In this document: positions 1 to 5,790 of the stretch, piece by piece
Layout of the letters: every line of letters begins with the position of its first letter
How positions within the stretch are numbered: the stretch's first letter is position 1
Source of the DNA: Acaryochloris thomasi RCC1774
GTDB lineage: Bacteria; Cyanobacteriota; Cyanobacteriia; Thermosynechococcales; Thermosynechococcaceae
DNA: 11,615 bases
Assembly (NCBI RefSeq): GCF_003231495.1
Contig: NZ_PQWO01000048.1
Span: 1 to 11,615 of the forward strand
Direction: 5' to 3'
Made by a program: the position numbers and the translations under genes
Notes under the pieces: generated by a model
Told to the model about the DNA's origin: nothing
Database searches by the model: none
Seen by the model: only the letters and a program-made list of their open reading frames with translations

Positions 1-93
1 CGTAAGACCCTGTCGTTTTCAAAAAAGATTGCTAATCATATTGGTGCTATCTGGATGTTTGTACACCACTACAATGAATCCTTACACGACTAG
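1..93 (+). CDS. IS1-family transposase (InsB-like), C-terminal 30 codons only
   Basis: The frame-1 ORF runs off the left edge: [30 protein letters not shown], stop TAG 91-93. It matches the conserved C-terminus of IS1 InsB ([27 protein letters not shown]). Confidence 0.6.
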   Translation, partial: [30 protein letters not shown]

Positions 94-100
94 GACTACC
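1..100 (+). mobile_element. Right end of an IS1-family insertion sequence (partial, continues left of the window)
   Basis: Contains the transposase 3' end (1-93). As in E. coli IS1, the stop codon lies only a few nt from a terminus ending ...GGACTACC (IS1 ends ...ATTACC / ...ATCACC). I therefore place the IS end at about 100. The exact boundary is inferred, not proven. Confidence 0.5.
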
Positions 101-101
101 A

Positions 102-704
102 CTTTTTGAACGCCTCGAAACCGTTATTCTTGCACAGCAGGTAGACAGTTCGTTTTTGGTTTTAGGGCAGAAACCACTGTGGTTCTCTCACTTTTTCCCT
201 CATACCGAGGTCACTATCACTTCAGTTCATCTGAAAGAGACGTTTCCATTTTTAAGCAATTTTCTCAGTGATACCCAACACCATTGGGACAATCAGCAAA
301 GCAATCGCTTAGATTCAGGACTCTGGGTCGAATTGGATCTTCAGGGAGAGGAAATTCCTCTGGGAGCAACAGCTTTGTTCCTCGACACCCTGCAGCTGCT
401 GCTGATTAATGCGGCAGGGCAAGCACTCAGGCAAATCTACAGAAAAGGGCCACGGTATGCGAAGGCGGGGGTGATGCGACTGGATATCTCCCTGGTCAAT
501 ACGATGCAGGGGCATCTGTTCCAAGAAAGAGATAGTGAGAGGGCGATCGCGCTTATGAAGACTGTTGATCAGCTCAATCGCTTGTACGGGCGCAGGGCAG
601 TCTTCTTTGCGAGTGAGGGGTGTACTCAAGCTTGGGCGATGAAGCGGCAGCGGTGTACGCCTTCGTATACGACGCGGTGGGAAGATTTGCCGGTAGTGCA
701 GTGA
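102..704 (+). pseudogene. umuC: umuC (Y-family translesion DNA polymerase V catalytic subunit), 3' fragment lacking the catalytic N-terminal half
   Basis: The translation ...RKGPRYAKAGVMRLDISLVNTMQGHLF...DQLNRLYGRRAVFFASEGCTQAWAMKRQRCTPSYTTRWEDLPVVQ* is colinear with the E. coli UmuC C-terminus (...GHRYQKAGVMLGDF...GRGTLYFAGQGIQQQWQMKRAMLSPRYTTRSSDLLRVK*). The frame stays open leftwards to 102, at the inferred IS end. The M at 156 in the ORF track is a TTG codon and probably not a genuine start. Confidence 0.75.
543..550. repeat. HIP1 octamer GCGATCGC
   Basis: Exact GCGATCGC read at 543-550, inside the umuC fragment. Confidence 0.95.
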
Positions 705-728
705 GCGAGAACAATCAGACCAACGATT

Positions 729-1091
729 TTATAAACCAAGATGCTTCTCAAGAGCCTTGGATAAAAGCTTATCGAGGATCGATATCGATAATGATTGCCC
801 CCTGTCACGAGCATCGGCTGTTACTTTTTTCCAGATAGTGTCATTTTTCATATTCTTCAGAAGCTGGTGTCCCTTCCATGTGATTCGGCTAATAAAGTAT
901 GCATCAATGAAGGTAGCTTGAGTTTCATGAGGCGTTCCTTCGAGAAGCCCTTCTTTAACCATTAAATAAACGTGTTCAGAAACAAGTTGCTGAGCAGCAC
1001 CATCACAATCGAATGACGTAATTAACTCACCTGCATCAGCTTTCTCAGCTTCTAACAGAATCTTTCTAACTAAATTGTTGTCAAATTCCAT
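729..1091 (-). CDS. DUF2513-family winged-helix protein (function unknown)
   Basis: 120-aa ORF with AGGAGG ending 3 nt before the ATG (reverse complement of 1092-1100 = AGGAGGCAC). MEFDNNLVRKILLEAE...VYLMVKEGLLEG...ISRITWKGHQLLKNMKNDTIWKKV fits the DUF2513 pattern (N-terminal LIRKILL..E, central L.eaGlieG, RLTW.GH.FL....d.iW). AT-rich relative to neighbours: 22/60 GC in line 841-900. Confidence 0.75.
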   Translation of the reverse strand: MEFDNNLVRKILLEAEKADAGELITSFDCDGAAQQLVSEHVYLMVKEGLLEGTPHETQATFIDAYFISRITWKGHQLLKNMKNDTIWKKVTADARDRGQSLSISILDKLLSKALEKHLGL

Positions 1092-1119
1092 GTGCCTCCT
1101 TCCAGAGGAAAGTCCATCA

Positions 1120-2016
1120 TCAAATTGAATTTATGCAGCTCGCTTGCATGTGGAGATAGTAGCAGCTTTGAATATCTTTAATTTGTAAGATTAAAAATAC
1201 TCCTCTCCAATCATTTTGATTTTCATCAATCAAGCTCCAGCTACTCCAGTTGAATAAGTTATTTTGATGCCGTCCAGTTTCTGTCCAATTTGCTTGTTCG
1301 ATTTGAGGCACGTAGTGAGCCACTAAACTCGCTAGAGTTGCTTCTGTTCTGATAATGTCGCAGGCATTCATTGCTCTGCCCTCTGAGCTAAATGCTCCTC
1401 CACCTAAGCTCTGAGCATTAGGCAGATGTACTAACTTAGGTAGAACATTCCGCTGAAAGCATTGATGATAATCTCTAACAGCACAAATAGAGCCAAGTTT
1501 TCGCTCCGGTTCCAAATCTAATCTTACTTCCGTTCTCTCATTTGGCATCGCTTTCGAGGAAACATTCAATGATGGCCCTGTGGAACTACGGCAGAACACT
1601 TTTCGCTGCGCCCGTTCTACAGATAAAAAACCACTGCCGAGTTGAAGCTCTACCAAATTCCAGCCCAATGCTTGCATCTGGTTTCGGTAAAATTGAGAGA
1701 CTTCTTCTACCGTAAAACAAGTTTCAAATAAAACTACCGCTCTATCCTGCACTAAGCTACCCAGAATTTGACTTCCCTCTGGAAATGGAATTTCCATTTC
1801 TGTTAGCCACTCTTCAGGAAGCTGCTTTACTAGTAGCTGAGGCTCTACCTGAACTAGACCCTCAGGATGAGGCAGATTATATTTAAGCAGCCTTAACGCT
1901 AAGTCTCGAAGCGCAGCAGACTCGCCTAAATTAGCATTACTGTAATTTTGAGTATCAGAATCAGGAGATGAATTATTTACCATTGATAGCGAGTCTATCA
2001 GTATGGTTGCAATCAT
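1120..2016 (-). CDS. Hypothetical 298-aa protein, no recognised family; possible internal duplication
   Basis: The ORF track gives 1120-2124, but the first 36 codons overlap the upstream gene out of frame. The ATG at 2016 lies 1 nt after that gene's stop (TGAtATG). An alternative ATG is at 1983 (MVNNSS...). No TM segment or signal peptide is evident. AT-rich by spot counts: 19/60 GC at 1921-1980, 22/60 at 1201-1260, 25/60 at 1741-1800. Confidence 0.6.
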   Translation of the reverse strand: MIATILIDSLSMVNNSSPDSDTQNYSNANLGESAALRDLALRLLKYNLPHPEGLVQVEPQLLVKQLPEEWLTEMEIPFPEGSQILGSLVQDRAVVLFETCFTVEEVSQFYRNQMQALGWNLVELQLGSGFLSVERAQRKVFCRSSTGPSLNVSSKAMPNERTEVRLDLEPERKLGSICAVRDYHQCFQRNVLPKLVHLPNAQSLGGGAFSSEGRAMNACDIIRTEATLASLVAHYVPQIEQANWTETGRHQNNLFNWSSWSLIDENQNDWRGVFLILQIKDIQSCYYLHMQASCINSI

Positions 2017-2017
2017 A

Positions 2018-2230
2018 TCAGTGAGCACTGGGTCGCGGGAGCAGCTCCCCTCTTTCAAACGCCCATCCCTCAGGTACCCAGTGCCCCTCTGCCGCCACTT
2101 CCACGATCGCATCAAAGTCAGCACAGCGATCGCCTACTGGACCAGAGGGATAAAGAGCGCAGACAAGGTGGCCGGAGAGATCGTGGTAGCGGCAGTTAAT
2201 GCACTGGGGTAGCTTGCGAAGGGTTGGCAT
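2018..2230 (-). CDS. Small 4-Cys protein (70 aa), putative metal-binding knuckle; family name not recognised
   Basis: ATG-initiated ORF with Cys10-x2-Cys13, Cys24 and Cys36 (PQCINCRYHDLSGHLVCALYPSGPVGDRCADFD). It carries a HIP1 site (2126-2133) and is GC-normal (34/60 at 2101-2160 and at 2161-2220). The motif CxxCxY...LVCAxxPxGP...CxDF looks like a recurrent small cyanobacterial protein type. Confidence 0.55.
   Translation of the reverse strand: MPTLRKLPQCINCRYHDLSGHLVCALYPSGPVGDRCADFDAIVEVAAEGHWVPEGWAFERGELLPRPSAH
2126..2133. repeat. HIP1 octamer GCGATCGC
   Basis: Exact GCGATCGC at 2126-2133. Confidence 0.95.
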
Positions 2231-2260
2231 TGGTTGAATAGAGACAGCTTTCTTGAGTCC

Positions 2261-2713
2261 CTAAACTTGCGCCACAGCAACCTGTTCTCGCATCTGGTGA
2301 ACCTGAATCATCGCGTCCACTTTCTCGACTGAACCAAAGGGCTGCAACTCCAGCACACCACTAATATCAAACCGCTGCTGTAACTCTACGCCTGCCTCAT
2401 AGCAGTATGTTGAGGTATCAAACAGCAAAGAAGAGATAGGCGATCGCAACTCCCAGGAAAACAACTGAAAGCCTTGGCAGTCCTCACGAAATACGACGGC
2501 TAAGCTACCGATACGATGGGCGGGAAGGGCGACCCCATTGATGTATAGCTTGTGGGACAGGTACCTCTGTCTTGTCTCAGGTGGAATAGACTGCTTGAGT
2601 AAGTCGATGCTGCTTGCCTGCCGATGGCGCTGCAGTTTACTAAAGTGAGACGAATGCCCGCGATGCGACCGCCTTCTTGGGGATAGCTGCTGAGATGACC
2701 GTCGATATGCCAT
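2261..2713 (-). CDS. Hypothetical 150-aa protein with Arg/Ser/His-rich N-terminal 35 residues
   Basis: ATG at 2713 is preceded by the purine-rich tract GAGAGAGAGGGA, which ends 3 nt before the start. N-terminus MAYRRSSQQLSPRRRSHRGHSSHFSKLQRHRQ is followed by a mixed-composition, folded-looking domain. Contains a HIP1 site (2440-2447). No family recognised. Confidence 0.5.
   Translation of the reverse strand: MAYRRSSQQLSPRRRSHRGHSSHFSKLQRHRQASSIDLLKQSIPPETRQRYLSHKLYINGVALPAHRIGSLAVVFREDCQGFQLFSWELRSPISSLLFDTSTYCYEAGVELQQRFDISGVLELQPFGSVEKVDAMIQVHQMREQVAVAQV
2440..2447. repeat. HIP1 octamer GCGATCGC
   Basis: Exact GCGATCGC at 2440-2447. Confidence 0.95.
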
Positions 2714-2798
2714 GAGTCCCTCTCTCTCACCCGGACTCTCAAACTATATCAAGACTTGAGAATTTCCTTACGTTTAACCGTTGTCCATGACAATTAGC

Positions 2799-2804
2799 TA
2801 CAAT
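2799..2804 (+). promoter_or_regulatory. Candidate -10 hexamer TACAAT for hup
   Basis: TACAAT lies 32 nt upstream of the hup ATG, in the 123-bp divergent spacer. No convincing -35. The same hexamer sits at a similar distance before two other genes here (3606, 6930). Confidence 0.3.
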
Positions 2805-2836
2805 CACGCCAGATATCAGCATTTGAGGATTCCACC

Positions 2837-3112
2837 ATGAACAAAGGCGAACTTGTAGACGCGATCGCGGATAAATCCGGCGTCACCAAGAAGCAGGCTG
2901 ATGAAATCCTGACGGCCACAGTAGACACCATCATGGAGACCGTAGCCGGTGGCGACAAGATCACTATCGTCGGCTTTGGAAGCTTCGAGCCGCGAGAACG
3001 CAAGGAGAGAGAGGGGCGTAATCCCAAGACAGGGAAGGCACTCACGATTAAGGCGACGACTGTGCCAGGGTTCAGCGCGGGGAAAGTGTTTAAAGATCGA
3101 GTGAAAGCCTGA
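2837..3112 (+). CDS. hup: HU family DNA-binding protein (nucleoid-associated)
   Basis: 91 aa. MNKGELVDAIADKSGVTKKQADEILTATVDTIMETVAGGDKITIVGFGSFEPRERKEREGRNPKTGKALTIKATTVPGFSAGKVFKDRV is a full-length match to the HU/IHF fold signature (GFGSF..R.R..R.GRNP.TG). GAGGA lies upstream of the ATG. HIP1 site at 2861-2868. Confidence 0.95.
   Translation: MNKGELVDAIADKSGVTKKQADEILTATVDTIMETVAGGDKITIVGFGSFEPRERKEREGRNPKTGKALTIKATTVPGFSAGKVFKDRVKA
2861..2868. repeat. HIP1 octamer GCGATCGC
   Basis: Exact GCGATCGC at 2861-2868, inside hup. Confidence 0.95.
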
Positions 3113-3152
3113 ACATGACTGAACAATCCCTTATCGGGAAGATTTGATGAAA

Positions 3153-3183
3153 TACCTCCAGATCTGTGTGGTTTCTGGAGGTA
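3153..3183 (+). terminator. Stem-loop downstream of hup (possible intrinsic terminator without U-tract)
   Basis: TACCTCCAGA (3153-3162) pairs perfectly with TCTGGAGGTA (3174-3183) around an 11-nt loop, 41 nt after the hup stop. No T-run follows, so terminator function is uncertain. Confidence 0.35.
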
Positions 3184-3324
3184 GTGATGGTATCAAGCAA
3201 CCGTACTGCCGCCAGATTAATCGAAGGTTAAGAACAAATATTTATTCACAAAATTATTTAAGATTGCCGAAGAATCTGCGTGTATATTAGCCTAGAAAGC
3301 TGAAGTATTTTTCAATCAACATCC

Positions 3325-3573
3325 ATGACAATTTACGTTGGCAATCTTTCTTACGACGCCACACAGAACGACATCCAAGAAGTATTCAGTGAATACGGCA
3401 CCGTAAAAAAGGCCCACCTCTCCACCGACCGCGAGACCGGACGACCCAGAGGCTTTGCTTTCATAGACATGGGTTCTGATGCTGAAGAAGAAAAAGCGAT
3501 CGCTGAGCTTGATGGAGCAGAGTGGATGGGCCGAACGCTCAAGGTCAATAAGGCCAGACCCAGAGAGAATTAG
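3325..3573 (+). CDS. rbp: RRM-type RNA-binding protein (cyanobacterial Rbp family, short form without Gly-rich tail)
   Basis: 82 aa. RNP2 IYVGNL and RNP1 RGFAFIDM are at canonical spacing. The ending ...LKVNKARPREN* is typical of single-RRM cyanobacterial Rbp proteins. HIP1 site at 3496-3503. Confidence 0.95.
   Translation: MTIYVGNLSYDATQNDIQEVFSEYGTVKKAHLSTDRETGRPRGFAFIDMGSDAEEEKAIAELDGAEWMGRTLKVNKARPREN
3496..3503. repeat. HIP1 octamer GCGATCGC
   Basis: Exact GCGATCGC at 3496-3503. This is the last one I could find in the window. Confidence 0.95.
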
Positions 3574-3605
3574 AGATTTTGCTAAGCTGTAGTCCCAGCT
3601 AGACC

Positions 3606-3611
3606 TACAAT
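3606..3611 (+). promoter_or_regulatory. Candidate -10 hexamer TACAAT for the AbrB-like gene
   Basis: TACAAT lies 38 nt upstream of ATG 3650. No good -35. Confidence 0.25.
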
Positions 3612-3649
3612 CAATTTTTACTCAATTCAATCAAGGGCATTCAGCATTG

Positions 3650-4027
3650 ATGGCGAAGAAAACTGCAGCAAAGAAGCAAGACATTCAGCCCTTAGTTGGG
3701 AAAGAACTACTCAAAAAGCTCAAGGACTTATCCCACCTCTCTAAGCGGGAAAAAGCGAAGGAGTGCGGGTACGTCGTCGGTGAACGAGTCAACCAAAGTG
3801 GTTTCATGAATGCCATCTTGGAAGCCAAGGGCATCTCTCTTGACGGTGAATCCAATGGCGATGGTAGAGGGCGAGAGGCCACCTATCGAGTCAAAGTCCA
3901 CAAGAATGGGAATATTGTGATCGGGGCTTCCTATACTGAGAAGATGGGGCTACAAGTTGGCGATGAGTTTGAAATCAAGCTCGGGTATAAGCACATTCAT
4001 CTCAATCAGATCACTGAAGACGATTAG
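3650..4027 (+). CDS. cyAbrB-type transcriptional regulator (AbrB/SpoVT domain at the C-terminus)
   Basis: The ORF track starts at TTG 3647; ATG 3650 is the likelier start. The C-terminal YRVKVHKNGNIVIGASYTEKMGLQVGDEFEIKLGYKHIHL is the swapped-hairpin AbrB domain. The N-terminal KELLKKLKDLSHLSKREKAKECGY region is typical of the cyanobacteria-specific cyAbrB clade (Sll0359/Sll0822, CalA/CalB type). Confidence 0.8.
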   Translation: MAKKTAAKKQDIQPLVGKELLKKLKDLSHLSKREKAKECGYVVGERVNQSGFMNAILEAKGISLDGESNGDGRGREATYRVKVHKNGNIVIGASYTEKMGLQVGDEFEIKLGYKHIHLNQITEDD

Positions 4028-4213
4028 GAGACATAATTTCACTCCCATCGCATTCCACCGCACAACCCTCGTCAGCATCCGCCAGCTCCGCTATCGAGTA
4101 CTGAGGCCAAGGCACGCGATCACAGAATCGTGGTTTGATGAAGCCTAGCAAAAGCAAACAATAGTGAGCCAAGGAAAGGACCTCTTCACAAATTAACGGT
4201 AAGGGAGGAAGAC

Positions 4214-4684
4214 GTGCCGACCATTCAGGTTCAAGCGGTAATTCAAGCCCCAACTGAGCGTGTATTTGACCTCTGCAGAAATGTTGAAGTTCATGTAATT
4301 TCTACCGCTCAGACGCACGAAAAAGCTGTAGCAGGAGTCACAACTGGCTTATTGGGACTTGACGATGTGGTGACCTGGGAAGCCACACACCTTGGGGTGC
4401 GGCAGCAACTAACAAGCTGCATTACACAGTTTGAACCTCCTTTCTTCTTTCAAGACAAAATGGTGTGTGGAGCATTCGAAGCTTTTACTCACGATCACAA
4501 CTTTTATACAAGAGGAAAAAATACTGTTGTCGAAGACCGATTTATATTTATCAGTCCATTCGGTCTCATAGGAACAATATTTAATCAACTTTTTTTGACT
4601 GAATACATGCGTAATTTTTTGAATCAGAGGCTACAGGTAATTAGAAATATTTCCGAGTCTAGCGAGTGGGAAAAATATCTTTAG
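4214..4684 (+). CDS. SRPBCC (START/Bet v1-like, COG4276-type) ligand-binding family protein
   Basis: GTG start is preceded by GGGAGG (4203-4208). 156 aa with the ...V.APTERVFDL......H...T....KAV.G...G.L.L.D.VTWEA.H.G..Q.LTS.IT.FE.P..F.D.M..G.F..F.H.H.F pattern typical of this family. GC drops sharply inside the gene near 4490 (see findings). Confidence 0.7.
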   Translation: MPTIQVQAVIQAPTERVFDLCRNVEVHVISTAQTHEKAVAGVTTGLLGLDDVVTWEATHLGVRQQLTSCITQFEPPFFFQDKMVCGAFEAFTHDHNFYTRGKNTVVEDRFIFISPFGLIGTIFNQLFLTEYMRNFLNQRLQVIRNISESSEWEKYL

Positions 4685-4863
4685 CCCTCATAACATTTGC
4701 TGTCTTTCGCTCCTTCCTTCAGTCTGACAAGAGCAATCCGCCTGGAGACTCAGGGCGATGGCTACTGCTGAACTTTAGAAGGGTAATATTTTCCCTGGCA
4801 TGGCACTCAGCGGTATCCGAGAGGGAATCATATTAACAGTTAAAAAGATACAGAGAGAGAATC

Positions 4864-5592
4864 ATGAGTGGTGTTGGCATCCAGTATTTAGGTGGAGTAA
4901 ATCATGTTGATGATACACCGATCAAAACGCTATTCCTCTCACTTTTTCATACCCCTATCATCCCATTACAATCGGCTTATATCGGCAAACCTATCGACAA
5001 CAATAATAGTGATATATGGATTGCAGCTTTAGCTGGCTTTAGTGGCGCAGAACTGAACGCAATTAGGTTAAAGAAGATTCACGTAAAATCACTACTCCAT
5101 GCTTACTTTAGAGCCGCCTGCATTTGGTCTTACCCGTTGATGATAATGTGTACCGTGGCGTATGACGATGTTACTTGGCTTATCGTCAACACCATATATG
5201 GGTTTATATCTTTTTTGATTCTACTAGTATTACCTGCTTATCTTATTTCTTGGTCTTACTCTTCCACCAAAAAAGTCACTAATAGAATAGAATTAGCTGT
5301 CAGAGAAGCATCAAATACCATTCTTGGTGTAGCAATTGACCCTAAGGATATCAATCATAAATCAGCCCGGAAAATATCAGATAACATTGACAAGATGCTA
5401 TTGGCCCATGATATAAGGAACTGGGGTGACCATTTATCAGAAATCCCTTTTGAAAATATTTTAATCAACAAGTTACTCCTTTTAAGAATCCGTTGTGCTA
5501 TTGGATTGCGGGAGACAGTAGAAGACTTTAGATTGTCTAGCTTTCAAGAAAAACTCTTCCATAGTCTTGAGCGATCAAAGCAGCATCTTTAG
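4864..5592 (+). CDS. Hypothetical 242-aa predicted membrane protein (AT-rich gene)
   Basis: ATG after the purine-rich tract ACAGAGAGAGAATC. Hydrophobic segments AACIWSYPLMIMCTVAY and WLIVNTIYGFISFLILLVLPAYLISW. A proline-kinked hydrophobic N-terminal motif (IKTLFLSLFHTPIIPLQSAYI) and a roughly 100-aa helical-looking C-terminal domain. No family recognised. 21/60 GC in line 5221-5280. Confidence 0.55.
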   Translation: MSGVGIQYLGGVNHVDDTPIKTLFLSLFHTPIIPLQSAYIGKPIDNNNSDIWIAALAGFSGAELNAIRLKKIHVKSLLHAYFRAACIWSYPLMIMCTVAYDDVTWLIVNTIYGFISFLILLVLPAYLISWSYSSTKKVTNRIELAVREASNTILGVAIDPKDINHKSARKISDNIDKMLLAHDIRNWGDHLSEIPFENILINKLLLLRIRCAIGLRETVEDFRLSSFQEKLFHSLERSKQHL

Positions 5593-5739
5593 CCAGGGGC
5601 AGAGCATAAGATCGCAAACCTAGATCAAGACGATCAGCTCAAGTCCATCTGGTGCCATGCAAGAGTTAGCGCAAGGAGCTTCTACGAGCGCTTGGGGTCG
5701 CGGGCGGTGTCAGAGGGATCAATTTCTTTTCAGATATGA
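5593..5739 (+). pseudogene. Relic of the C-terminus of a GNAT-family N-acetyltransferase
   Basis: The GC-normal patch translates to PGAEHKIANLDQDDQLKSIWCHARVSARSFYERLGSRAVSEGSISFQI* (stop 5737-5739). IWCHARVSA..FYERLG resembles the GNAT motif-B region (iw.nAr..A..FYeklGF). There is no start codon and no N-terminal two-thirds. Short match, so moderate-to-low certainty. Confidence 0.35.
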
Positions 5740-5790
5740 GAGAATAGCTGCCCATAAAGGATAATAACCCTACTAAATGAGATTTAATTA

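Noticed and set aside
315-629. 104-aa minus-strand ORF inside the umuC fragment
   Set aside because: It is antisense to a region with clear UmuC homology, and has no recognisable family or RBS. Typical shadow ORF.
778-789. 12-bp palindrome ATCGATATCGAT
   Set aside because: It lies inside the DUF2513 coding sequence, where it encodes SISI. It is short and probably a by-product of a repeated dipeptide.
2017-2124. N-terminal 36-codon extension of the 298-aa gene (ORF track 1120-2124)
   Set aside because: It overlaps the 4-Cys gene out of frame. The ATG at 2016, immediately after that gene's stop, is the more economical start.
2794-3126. 110-aa minus-strand ORF covering the whole hup gene
   Set aside because: hup on the plus strand is an unambiguous full-length HU. 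The antisense product is Ser/Val/Pro-rich with no family resemblance.
4011-4253. 80-aa minus-strand ORF between the cyAbrB and SRPBCC genes
   Set aside because: It overlaps the ends of two well-supported plus-strand genes and has no recognisable motif.
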